Shown here: positions 9,488 to 18,367 of the stretch, piece by piece
Numbering within the stretch: the stretch's first letter is position 1
Layout: each line of letters opens with the position of its first letter
From: Bacteroidales bacterium
Lineage (GTDB): Bacteria; Bacteroidota; Bacteroidia; Bacteroidales; UBA1715
Assembly (NCBI GenBank): GCA_027858745.1
Contig: JAQICB010000102.1
Location: 14,892 to 78,891, forward strand
DNA: 64,000 nucleotides
Direction of reading: 5' to 3'
Notes under the pieces: model-generated
Databases searched by the model: none
Told to the model about the DNA's origin: nothing
What the model saw: the letters and a program-made list of their open reading frames with translations, nothing else
Position numbers and translations under genes: made by a program

Positions 9488-10849
9488 TTATAAAGCTTTT
9501 GTATTATACCAATCAATTTTTCGTGAAAGATACATAACCACTCCGAGTACAATAAACAATCCGATGCTTCCCATTAATAATGCATAATCTTCGAGTTGAA
9601 TGATAATGAAAATAAACCCATACAGAATGGTAAGTAATAGTAAAAAAAGAGCTGTTATGCGCGCATTATTAAACATAAAATAGGTATACATGCCAATTAA
9701 ACCTATAATACTTGTTGAGGCTATTAAGTAACTCCAAATAAAAGGAATATGTTCGGAGAGTGCAATTAATAAAGTATAAAAAATACATAATGCTAAGCCG
9801 ACAATAATATATTGTATAGGATGTATTTTAATAGATTTGAGAACCTGAATAAGAAAGAATATTAGAAAGGTAAGGGTAATAAATAATGCAGCATATTTTG
9901 CAGAACGCATACTTTTTTGATAATGGTCAACCGGGATTTTCAAGGTAATACCAAATTCGGAATCGTTCATTGAACTCGTATGGTACGAGCCGGTAATTTG
10001 TTGTGGGTAGGCACGATTTACGTGAAGCACCTGCCAATCAGCATACACAGAATCTTGTGTAATGATGCGTGAGTCGGGTAAAAATGCACCATCGAATTTA
10101 GGCGTTCCCCATTTTGCTTTAAGTGATACTTTTGATGTTTTTCCAATAGGAATAAATGAAAGTCGAGAACTGCCATTGCAATTGATACTAAGTGAGTATG
10201 AGTATGATAGGTCTTGTGCGTCTTTTTTGGTAAGTGCAATATCCGAACTGATTCCGGTTGAATATAAGTCGGTGTTTTCGAGTCCGGGATTAAAGACAAG
10301 TGTGTCATCTTCCCATTTCATGGAAATTTGTTCTTGAATTCCACGAACATCCGATATGCCAACAGAAATATATGCTTTGTCCCATAAAACATTTTTCTCC
10401 TCAATGTCAAGTTTACTGAAATCGGGATGTGAAAATTCCCCTGTAATATGTAATTTCGAATTGTATACAATAACAGTGTAAATGCCACGGTATCGTTCTT
10501 TCGGAGAAATATCCGATTCTATAAGAAGTGTTTCGGGAAAGAAATGTGCATAATCAATTGTTTCAATTAATTGATATGTTTTTTTGTTGCTATTTTGTAC
10601 TTTTTCGAATCGTTTGTATGGAATAGTAATAACCGGACCCGTCATTTTTTGTTCTCCGGCCCAAGATGAACTAATTTCTCGAAAAGCATCATCTTGGCGG
10701 TATTTGCGTTCGCGAATCAAATCCTGAACCATAGTTACCGGAATAAGTAAGAGGAGAATTAATACTATAATTGTAATAATCCGAAATGTTACTGACGAAC
10801 GAACTGATTTATTTATTCGTTCCGAAAAATTTGAGTCTGGTTTATTCAT
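9488..10849 (-). CDS. creD: Cell envelope integrity / inner membrane protein CreD
   Basis: N-terminal TM followed by ..VQDLIRERKYRQD.., a large periplasmic part and a C-terminal cluster of TM helices, as in the CreD family. Confidence 0.8.
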   Translation of the reverse strand: MNKPDSNFSERINKSVRSSVTFRIITIIVLILLLLIPVTMVQDLIRERKYRQDDAFREISSSWAGEQKMTGPVITIPYKRFEKVQNSNKKTYQLIETIDYAHFFPETLLIESDISPKERYRGIYTVIVYNSKLHITGEFSHPDFSKLDIEEKNVLWDKAYISVGISDVRGIQEQISMKWEDDTLVFNPGLENTDLYSTGISSDIALTKKDAQDLSYSYSLSINCNGSSRLSFIPIGKTSKVSLKAKWGTPKFDGAFLPDSRIITQDSVYADWQVLHVNRAYPQQITGSYHTSSMNDSEFGITLKIPVDHYQKSMRSAKYAALFITLTFLIFFLIQVLKSIKIHPIQYIIVGLALCIFYTLLIALSEHIPFIWSYLIASTSIIGLIGMYTYFMFNNARITALFLLLLTILYGFIFIIIQLEDYALLMGSIGLFIVLGVVMYLSRKIDWYNTKAL

Positions 10850-10856
10850 GTGGCAG

Positions 10857-13013
10857 TTATTTGATTATATTCATTTCGTCTAATAAATAAGAAGCACCCG
10901 CAAATTTGTCAATAATAAAGAGTACATAGCGAATGTCGACAGAAATACAACGCTGGTATTTCGGTTCAAATATTATGTCGCCACTCATCGATTCCCAGTT
11001 TCCGTCGAATGCAATGCCAATAAGTTCTCCCATAGCATTCATTACTGGACTGCCGGAGTTCCCACCCGTAATATCGTTTGTGGATATAAAACAAAGAGGT
11101 AATTCACCGTCTGCATTTGCATAATCACCATAATCTTTGGAATTATACAGTTTGGTAAGTTCTCCCGGAACTTGAAATTCTCTGTTGTTTGGATCTTCTT
11201 TTTCAAACACACCTTCGAGAGTGGTGAAATAATTGTACGTAACAGCATCTTTCGGATTATACGGTTCGATATACCCATACGTGTATCGTAATGTGGAATT
11301 TGCATCGGGATATAATAATGAATCTTTATGAAATGAAATAATTGATTCCATGTATGTTTTATAATTTTCGTCGTGAAATTCTGTATATAATACATCTTTC
11401 AGTGCGAAATATATTTCCAAAGTTTGTTGGGTAATTTCAATTGCCGGATCTTTTCTAAAATCTTTTATACTTGGATTTTCGAGAAATTCGAGCATTTTTT
11501 CTTTATCGACAAACATCGATTTGTCAAATGTTTTGTGAGCAAATTTCGTAAATCCGGGTTTAAAAAGCCCGCTTGTTGCATCTTTTATATACTGCGGGTG
11601 AAGTGATGGATGAATATTTTGATAATATAATTGCATCATTGCAATAAACATTGATCGGTCGACCCGTGCGTCGTATGACTTAAAGAACTCATCTATTCTT
11701 CTTTTCATTTTTTGTTTCATCAATGCGGTTTCTACCGGATCGTTCATTTGAGTAACTTGTATAAATTCGAACCATTCATATGCAAAAATGATAAATTCCA
11801 CATTGTTAAGAAAACCTATGTTTACAAAATTCCAGGTATATGAAACCGTGCCTGTTTTTTCATAATATGCTTGAAGATTCGTGAGAGCTTCACTGTAATC
11901 TTTTTTTCGTGCAGAATCTTCGAGCATCCATTCTATGAGTTCTTTTTCGCTATTCATTTTTTGTGTAATAACATTCAAGTCCTGAATACCTTTGTTTTGA
12001 CCAATTGCATATTTCCAGTAATTACTCATGCGGTCGTGTTTTGCAGCATATTTAATGCGTAATGAGTCATTTTGGTTCATGTAAAAATTATGAACATCAA
12101 GAATTGTATTTCCAAGGCTAATTACCGACGTGTTGTTATATTGCATCATATTTTCAATGCCAAACGATGTTTTGTACCGTTCGGTTGAACCGGGAAAACC
12201 CATTACTATCGAAAAATCACCCTCTTCATATCCTTGTGTCGAAATAGGTAAGGAATGGCGTGGGCTATATGGTATATTTTCTTGCGAGTAGGGGGACGGG
12301 TTATTTTCGGCATCTGCATACACACGTAACACACAAAAATCACCGGTGTGTCGTGGCCACATCCAGTTGTCTGTGTCGCCACCGAATTTTCCAATATCAC
12401 GTGGTGGTGCTCCAACAATTCGAACATCCTGAAATGTTGTGTACAAAAACATGAGATATTGGTTGTCGCCAAAAAACGAATATATTTTTACACCAAATGA
12501 AGATGTGTCTGTTACCGATTCTCTTAATAATTTTTGTGTTTGAGCAATCGTATCTTGAATTTCTTTCCAGGATAAATCAGGAATATCGTAGAGAGGCAAA
12601 ATTTTATCACTCACATCAATAATTTGAGAAACAATTGTCGCGGTAATATTATCTGCGTATAATTCCTCGGCATTATTTTGAGCCCAAAATCCATTGTCTA
12701 TATAATTATTATCAATTGAAGATTGTTGTTGAATCATATCAAATCCGCAGTGATAATTTGTGAGCATAAGCCCTTTATCGGATACTAATTCTGCAGTGCA
12801 AAAAAAACGAAACGGTGAATCACCTTCACCGAGACCAATAATAGCATCTTTTACAGAACTTTGATTAATACTATATATTTGTTCGGGAGTTAATGAACTC
12901 CCTTTTTGTTCAATGTTTAATTGGTCTAACATTGTAAGTAACCACATGCCTTCGTCTGCATGTATTGTGTGTACTGAAAAAAAGAATAAAAATACTGCTA
13001 ATAGTTTTCGCAT
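10857..13013 (-). CDS. S46-family dipeptidyl-peptidase (DPP7/DPP11-like)
   Basis: Signal peptide followed by the hallmark DEGMWL motif. Catalytic Ser motif TGGNSGSPV near the C-terminus. 718 aa. Confidence 0.9.
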   Translation of the reverse strand: MRKLLAVFLFFFSVHTIHADEGMWLLTMLDQLNIEQKGSSLTPEQIYSINQSSVKDAIIGLGEGDSPFRFFCTAELVSDKGLMLTNYHCGFDMIQQQSSIDNNYIDNGFWAQNNAEELYADNITATIVSQIIDVSDKILPLYDIPDLSWKEIQDTIAQTQKLLRESVTDTSSFGVKIYSFFGDNQYLMFLYTTFQDVRIVGAPPRDIGKFGGDTDNWMWPRHTGDFCVLRVYADAENNPSPYSQENIPYSPRHSLPISTQGYEEGDFSIVMGFPGSTERYKTSFGIENMMQYNNTSVISLGNTILDVHNFYMNQNDSLRIKYAAKHDRMSNYWKYAIGQNKGIQDLNVITQKMNSEKELIEWMLEDSARKKDYSEALTNLQAYYEKTGTVSYTWNFVNIGFLNNVEFIIFAYEWFEFIQVTQMNDPVETALMKQKMKRRIDEFFKSYDARVDRSMFIAMMQLYYQNIHPSLHPQYIKDATSGLFKPGFTKFAHKTFDKSMFVDKEKMLEFLENPSIKDFRKDPAIEITQQTLEIYFALKDVLYTEFHDENYKTYMESIISFHKDSLLYPDANSTLRYTYGYIEPYNPKDAVTYNYFTTLEGVFEKEDPNNREFQVPGELTKLYNSKDYGDYANADGELPLCFISTNDITGGNSGSPVMNAMGELIGIAFDGNWESMSGDIIFEPKYQRCISVDIRYVLFIIDKFAGASYLLDEMNIIK

Positions 13014-13030
13014 AGTTTGTGTTTTTTTTA

Positions 13031-13038
13031 CAAAAATA
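13031..13038 (-). promoter_or_regulatory. -7 box (TATTTTTG) for the S46 peptidase gene
   Basis: Exact TAnnTTTG match 18 nt upstream of ATG 13013. Confidence 0.55.
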
Positions 13039-13112
13039 CTAAAAAAGTGTTATCAATTTTTTTAAGTAAGAATATTTTTTTTCTAAATGTTGTGTTGAAT
13101 AATTTTTTTTTA

Positions 13113-13120
13113 TATATTTG
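13113..13120 (+). promoter_or_regulatory. Orphan plus-strand -7 box (TATATTTG)
   Basis: Exact TAnnTTTG match with no plus-strand CDS downstream. A GC-rich terminator follows about 45 nt later. Confidence 0.4.
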
Positions 13121-13126
13121 TCTTAC

Positions 13127-13204
13127 TGTTACGCTTTATTATTATTTCCTTAAATGAATGGCGCGGACAAGAGAGCTTCCACCCTCTTTCCCGCCTTTTT
13201 TTTA
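13127..13204 (+). ncRNA. Candidate small RNA of ~75 nt (orphan promoter plus intrinsic terminator)
   Basis: GC-rich hairpin at 13160-13195 (GGCG.GG..AAGAG / CTCTT..CC.CGCC, about 11 bp) followed by T8 (13196-13203). This is striking in an AT-rich genome. Only a 22-codon ORF lies here. Confidence 0.3.
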
Positions 13205-13377
13205 TGTCTTTTATTTACATGAATCTTCCCGTAGTGTCTGTGAATTAGTGCTTTAAATATCAATTCCGAAGCACATGAAAAATAAACCGCAGCATACTCA
13301 TGTATTTGAGGATTTTCATTTTTTCAGTAAGGCAGAACCGATGACTAAGGAGGCGTTCGGTGAAGCCAACTTGGAAT

Positions 13378-14427
13378 TTAGAGACGAACACTAAATGAAT
13401 CTATTTTCTCAACGATTGAAGTCAGTAGCTGTACTGCATATTCAACATCTTTTTTGTGGCTCGATTCTATAACCTGATGTAAGTGTCGCGTTGGTATAGA
13501 AACCGCTCCGGCAATTGCACCACCGGCAACCATTTTCTGAAGCATAGCAGTGTCGGTGCCTCCGGCTTGTAAAATTTCCGGTTGCCACGGAATGTCTGCT
13601 GCATCAGCTGTTTGTTTCATAAAAGCTACAAGTCGCGGGTTTGTCACGACAGAGGCATCCATTATTTTTATAGCAGGTCCCTTACCTAATTTTGTTACGT
13701 AATCTGAAGAGGTGCTGCCCGGCAAATCGAATGCTATTGTGGTATCAATTGCAAAAGCAATATCGGGTTGAATTTGTATTGTAGCAACTTGAGCACCGCG
13801 TAAGCCGACTTCTTCTTGAGTTGTAAAAACTGCATAGGTGTCGAATGGTATTTCCTTTTTTTGTAATAATTTGAGTGTTTCAATTAATACATACACAGAA
13901 ATACGGTTGTCTAAAGATTTACCGTTTACACATTCTCCCATTTCAATTAATTCTCGTTGCCGCGTTATAGGAGTGCCAATTTCTACCAAATTCTCAACCT
14001 CTTCTTTACTTCTTCCCAAATCGATAAAATAATCGGTAAGTTTTACCTTTTTCTCGCGCTCTTCGGGTGTCATAACGTGGATAGGTTTAGAGCCCATTAC
14101 CCCAACAATATCTTCTTTGCCGTGAACAATAACTCGCTGAGCAGTTAAGGTTTTTGGGTCAAAACCACCTAATGGTGCAAATTTCAGGAAACCGTTATCA
14201 TCAATATGGGTAACAATAAATCCAATTTCATCCATATGTGCGGCAAGCATTACCTTTTTATTCGTTTTGCCTTTTTTGAATGCATGAATATTACCCATAT
14301 TGTCAATTGAGATTGAATCAACCAAGGGAGTGATTTCAGATATAATTAGTTCACTGATTTTATCTTCAAATCCGGGAGCACCCGGTGTTTCTGAAAGTTT
14401 TTTAAGCAAAGGGAAATTGAGGGACAT
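13378..14427 (-). CDS. M42-family metallo-aminopeptidase (FrvX / glutamyl aminopeptidase-like)
   Basis: MSLNFPLLKKLSETPGAPGFEDKI.. and ..AAHMDEIGF.. are typical of M42. 349 aa. Confidence 0.85.
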   Translation of the reverse strand: MSLNFPLLKKLSETPGAPGFEDKISELIISEITPLVDSISIDNMGNIHAFKKGKTNKKVMLAAHMDEIGFIVTHIDDNGFLKFAPLGGFDPKTLTAQRVIVHGKEDIVGVMGSKPIHVMTPEEREKKVKLTDYFIDLGRSKEEVENLVEIGTPITRQRELIEMGECVNGKSLDNRISVYVLIETLKLLQKKEIPFDTYAVFTTQEEVGLRGAQVATIQIQPDIAFAIDTTIAFDLPGSTSSDYVTKLGKGPAIKIMDASVVTNPRLVAFMKQTADAADIPWQPEILQAGGTDTAMLQKMVAGGAIAGAVSIPTRHLHQVIESSHKKDVEYAVQLLTSIVEKIDSFSVRL

Positions 14428-14438
14428 AGTATTTTTTT

Positions 14439-15665
14439 TTATGATACAGAACGCATTATTAATTGTGCTTTATTGAATTTTTCTTCGGCAAGCTTACGTG
14501 TTACATGAAGTTTCTTTATCTTTTTAGACGGGAATTCAAACATTGCGTCAACCATGATTGTTTCACAAATCGAACGAAGACCGCGAGCACCTAATTTATA
14601 TTCGATAGCTTTATCAATAATAAAATCGTAGGTATCTTCGTCGAAGGATAATTCTATGCCATCCATTTTAAACAGAGCTGCGTATTGTTTTGTTAAGGCA
14701 TTTTTTGGCTCGGTTAATATTTTGCGAAGCGTTTCTTTGTCAAGCGGATCCAGATTTGTAACAATTGGAATACGACCGATTATTTCAGGAATAAGTCCGA
14801 ACGAACGTAAATCTTGAGGAGCAACGTATTGTAAAAAATTATTTTTGTCAACATTGCCGGTTTTTTCACGTGTGCCAAAGCCAACAGCTTTTGTGTTTAA
14901 TCGTCGAGCAATTGCCTTATCAATTCCGTCGAAGGCACCACCGCAAATAAATAAAATATTTTTAGTGTCAACTTGTATCATTTTTTGATCGGGGTGTTTT
15001 CGCCCACCTTGTGGCGGAACATTTACCACGGCACCTTCGAGCAGTTTTAATAATCCTTGCTGAACGCCTTCGCCCGAAACATCTCGAGTAATTGAAGGAT
15101 TATCGCCTTTGCGTGCAATTTTATCAATTTCATCAATGAACACAATGCCTTGCTCTGCCTCGGCAACATTATAATCCGCAGCTTGAAGTAATCGTACAAG
15201 CAAACTTTCAATATCTTCTCCAACATATCCGGCTTCGGTTAGTACAGTTGCATCTACAATAGCAAAGGGAACCTTGAGCATTCGTGCAATAGTTTTTGCA
15301 AGTAAGGTTTTTCCGGTTCCGGTTTCACCAACCAAAATTATATTTGATTTTTCTATTTCAACATCATCTTCGATTACTTGCGATAATCGTTTGTAGTGAT
15401 TATACACCGCAACAGATAATATTTTTTTTGCAGTATCTTGACCAATTACGTAATCGTCGAGATACTTTTTAATAGTATGCGGTTTTTCGAGGATAAAAGC
15501 AGATTTTTTCTGCGTCTTTTTGAGCGAAACATCATCATTAATAATTCGATATGCCTGCTCAACACAGTCGTTACAAACCTGAGCATCAATACCTGATATA
15601 AGAATTCCAACCTCTTCTTTGGGACGTCCGCAAAACGAACATGTATCTTTTTTCGTAGTTTTCAT
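14439..15665 (-). CDS. clpX: ATP-dependent Clp protease ATP-binding subunit ClpX
   Basis: N-terminal zinc finger (CSFCGR..CNDC), Walker A GETGTGKT and full-length ClpX-like sequence. 408 aa. Confidence 0.95.
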   Translation of the reverse strand: MKTTKKDTCSFCGRPKEEVGILISGIDAQVCNDCVEQAYRIINDDVSLKKTQKKSAFILEKPHTIKKYLDDYVIGQDTAKKILSVAVYNHYKRLSQVIEDDVEIEKSNIILVGETGTGKTLLAKTIARMLKVPFAIVDATVLTEAGYVGEDIESLLVRLLQAADYNVAEAEQGIVFIDEIDKIARKGDNPSITRDVSGEGVQQGLLKLLEGAVVNVPPQGGRKHPDQKMIQVDTKNILFICGGAFDGIDKAIARRLNTKAVGFGTREKTGNVDKNNFLQYVAPQDLRSFGLIPEIIGRIPIVTNLDPLDKETLRKILTEPKNALTKQYAALFKMDGIELSFDEDTYDFIIDKAIEYKLGARGLRSICETIMVDAMFEFPSKKIKKLHVTRKLAEEKFNKAQLIMRSVS

Positions 15666-15708
15666 AAATGATAATTTTTTTTGAGCGTCAAAGATATAAA
15701 AACATATA

Positions 15709-16125
15709 TTAAAAATCGACCGTCATACTATAATCTTTATAATTAATAATAGCATTGTACTTGTCGAAAAAATCACCACCAAGTAGACCTGATATTTTTT
15801 TATCTATAAATGGTTTATAAAGATTATTTATATGTTCTAATGACATTGATAGTGCTTGGAATTGTAAACAGATATGAGTATCGATGGGGAAATTTTCCAG
15901 TTCAATAATTTGCCCGTCAATCATTCCCGAAATGTGGGAAGATTTAATTTCATCCGAATCAATTATTATGTGTGGTATATTCTCAATGAGAGAAAGGTCT
16001 ATTACCGATTTTGATGCTCCGGTGTCAATAATAAAGTAAGCACCTTCTTCAATGATAGAACTTTCAACGAGGAGATGCACTCCGTCGGAATCTAAGTCGA
16101 TTTTTTGTAATGGAATAGTTTTCAT
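15709..16125 (-). CDS. Retropepsin-like aspartic protease
   Basis: IIDTGAS contains the DTG catalytic motif. 138 aa single-domain protein. Confidence 0.65.
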   Translation of the reverse strand: MKTIPLQKIDLDSDGVHLLVESSIIEEGAYFIIDTGASKSVIDLSLIENIPHIIIDSDEIKSSHISGMIDGQIIELENFPIDTHICLQFQALSMSLEHINNLYKPFIDKKISGLLGGDFFDKYNAIINYKDYSMTVDF

Positions 16126-16247
16126 CTGTTTCTGTTAATTGATTGTACCATGAATAGTATATGTAAAAATTTATTTTGATAAGGTGAGTGATAATTTTTT
16201 TAAGAATAGTAATCGGAATTTTAGAAAAAAAAAGGATATGTGAGAGT

Positions 16248-16286
16248 AAAAAAAGCATAAAGAATTATTCTTTATGCTTTTTTTTA
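16248..16286. terminator. Intrinsic terminator downstream of mdh
   Basis: Perfect 13-bp stem AAAGCATAAAGAA (16252-16264) / TTCTTTATGCTTT (16268-16280), flanked by A- and T-runs. Confidence 0.8.
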
Positions 16287-16309
16287 TTTTTGAAAAAAGG
16301 ACGTGTATC

Positions 16310-17248
16310 TTAGATAATATTTTGCTCTTTAAGCACTGCATTCATATTTTTCACAGCGTCTGCACTTTTATTAAATTTCGATTGTTCGTCGGCGTTAAGA
16401 TTATAGTCTACAATTTTTTCAACACCATTTTTTCCAACAATGATAGGTACACCAATGCAAAGATCATTTTGTTGGTATTCACCTTCTAAAAGCACACTGC
16501 AAGGGAATATTTTTTTCTCGTCGCGCACAATAGCTTGCACAAGAGCAGCACCTGCCGCACCTGGAGCAATCCATGCCGATGTTCCAAGTAATTTTGTTAA
16601 TGTAGCACCACCAACCATTGTAGCAGAAGCTATTTCGTCAACTTTAGCTGAGTCAAGAATTGATTCAACCGGCACACCATTATATGTTGCTAAGCGAGTT
16701 AATGGAATCATTGTTGTGTCACCATGACCTCCAATAACAGCACCTTCAATATCACTTGCCGGTGCATTTAATCCCGTACTTAAATTATATTTAAATCGTG
16801 AACTGTCAAGGATTCCACCCATACCAATAACTTTGTTTTTTGGTAATCCTGAAGATTTTAATGCAAGATATGTCATTGTATCCATCGGATTACTAATAAT
16901 CACAAGAATAGCATTTGGAGAATATTTAAGAATGTTATCTGTTACTTCTTTTACAATATCTGCATTTGTGCCGATAAGTTCTTCACGTGTCATACCGGGT
17001 TTTCTTGGAAGTCCTGAAGTTACAACAACTACATCAGATCCTGCTGTTTTACTATAATCATTTGTAACACCCGATACGCGAGAGTTGAAGTTTAATAATG
17101 CCGCAGTTTGCATTATATCCATAGCTTTGCCTTCTGCAAAACCTTCTTTAATGTCTAAGAGAACGATATCGCTTGCTAATTCTTTTTGAGCCATGAATTT
17201 TGCACATGTTGCTCCTACATTACCTGCACCAATAACTGAAATTTTCAT
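16310..17248 (-). CDS. mdh: Malate dehydrogenase (LDH-like family)
   Basis: MKISVIGAGNVGATCA Rossmann motif, ..VIGGHGDTMIP.. 312 aa. Confidence 0.92.
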   Translation of the reverse strand: MKISVIGAGNVGATCAKFMAQKELASDIVLLDIKEGFAEGKAMDIMQTAALLNFNSRVSGVTNDYSKTAGSDVVVVTSGLPRKPGMTREELIGTNADIVKEVTDNILKYSPNAILVIISNPMDTMTYLALKSSGLPKNKVIGMGGILDSSRFKYNLSTGLNAPASDIEGAVIGGHGDTTMIPLTRLATYNGVPVESILDSAKVDEIASATMVGGATLTKLLGTSAWIAPGAAGAALVQAIVRDEKKIFPCSVLLEGEYQQNDLCIGVPIIVGKNGVEKIVDYNLNADEQSKFNKSADAVKNMNAVLKEQNII

Positions 17249-17290
17249 GTTTTTTCTTTTTTTTGAGATTTCGTAAAAATATTATTGCTC

Positions 17291-17298
17291 CAAATATA
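17291..17298 (-). promoter_or_regulatory. -7 box (TATATTTG) for mdh
   Basis: Exact TAnnTTTG match about 43 nt upstream of ATG 17248. Confidence 0.5.
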
Positions 17299-17469
17299 AT
17301 TCATTTTCTCACATTTTTGATAATCTAAAGCATAATTGATATCATACTTTTTCATGAATTATCTTGTTTTGAGGGCTTTGTTCAAAATATATTATTTATT
17401 GCTGCAATTCTTACAAGCTATATTTTTTTAACGGCGGTCTTCTTAATTTTTTGATAATTAAGAAAATAA

Positions 17470-17477
17470 TATTTTTG
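17470..17477 (+). promoter_or_regulatory. Plus-strand -7 box (TATTTTTG), distal candidate promoter
   Basis: Exact TAnnTTTG match about 300 nt upstream of the 17775 start. Confidence 0.35.
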
Positions 17478-17566
17478 CGAGCCTTAAAAATACCTGTGGG
17501 GGGAGGATGCAACTTTTTTCGCAGAATTTATGTCATTATGTTAAGTATTAAATTAAAATATTATAA

Positions 17567-17574
17567 TACTTTTG
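17567..17574 (+). promoter_or_regulatory. Plus-strand -7 box (TACTTTTG), proximal candidate promoter
   Basis: Exact TAnnTTTG match about 200 nt upstream of the 17775 start. Confidence 0.35.
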
Positions 17575-17774
17575 TTTTTGAAAAGCAAACAACACTTTGG
17601 CTTACTGTTTTTAGGGATGATTTGACCAAAGATATAGTGAAAATTGATGAGGTATAATTAAGGAAACACTTTTCTGTATTAGAATAACAGACTTTGTGGC
17701 TTGCTCCTTATATTCTCTGATATTGACTGAAATTTGTTGATTTTTATTGTGTAAATTGAAAACTGATAGAGAAT

Positions 17775-18359
17775 ATGAACCGATTGATTTTATTGAGTTT
17801 TATTGTATGTTTTGCCGGGTTTGGTTATGGGCAAGTTGATAATTATACGATTGTTGCATCAAAGACATACGATAATAATACCAAAACTGTTTACCTTGAA
17901 CTGAATGGCACTTTGGATTCCGAAATTGCCGGTATAATTAAAAAGACTCTCGAAGAACAGCCCGATATTCATACATTTTCATTTTATGCAGAACCAAATT
18001 ACAATAAGTGTATGTATACTGCCAATGTATCTGTGCATGAAGATGCAATTATTGCTTTGATTAACGAAGTTGTGTCTGAGATGCAATCTGCACCTGTGTC
18101 TGAGATACAATTTGTAGATCAGGAACGAAAAGGATATTATTATAAAGTCAATTTTAAACTTGATTATTTGCCAAAAGATGATGTTGTTAAAGCAATTTAT
18201 CATTCTTTGAAACAAAGTGATTTTATTATCAATGTTAATTATCTCGAAAATGCTCATTTTGAAATATTTTCTTTCAGAAATTTGTATCCTAAGGAGATAA
18301 ACCAATTGATAAAACAATACGATATAAAAATTAGTGAAGCCGGTATCACCCAAAAATAA
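17775..18359 (+). CDS. Hypothetical secreted protein
   Basis: Signal peptide MNRLILLSFIVCFAGFGYGQ. 194 aa with no recognisable motif. Ends 8 nt before the giant adhesin-like gene. Confidence 0.6.
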   Translation: MNRLILLSFIVCFAGFGYGQVDNYTIVASKTYDNNTKTVYLELNGTLDSEIAGIIKKTLEEQPDIHTFSFYAEPNYNKCMYTANVSVHEDAIIALINEVVSEMQSAPVSEIQFVDQERKGYYYKVNFKLDYLPKDDVVKAIYHSLKQSDFIINVNYLENAHFEIFSFRNLYPKEINQLIKQYDIKISEAGITQK

Positions 18360-18367
18360 TAATACTT

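Noticed and set aside
13014-13377. Possible tRNA, tmRNA, RNase P RNA, SRP RNA or 6S RNA in the 364-bp spacer
   Set aside because: I could not find the diagnostic sequences: no GGTTCGAATCC-type T-arm, no GGAAGCAGCC-type SRP helix 8, no GAGGAAAGTCC RNase P core, no tmRNA termini. Only the sRNA candidate and generic hairpins are reported.
13275-13394. 39-codon plus-strand ORF overlapping the 3' end of the M42 peptidase gene
   Set aside because: It has no promoter box, no signal or motif, and it overlaps a convergent gene. It is mentioned only as part of an unexplained spacer.
17451-17657. 68-aa ORF in the mdh / adhesin intergenic region
   Set aside because: It starts upstream of, and spans, both candidate -7 boxes (17470-17477 and 17567-17574). 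Its composition and lack of features argue against coding.
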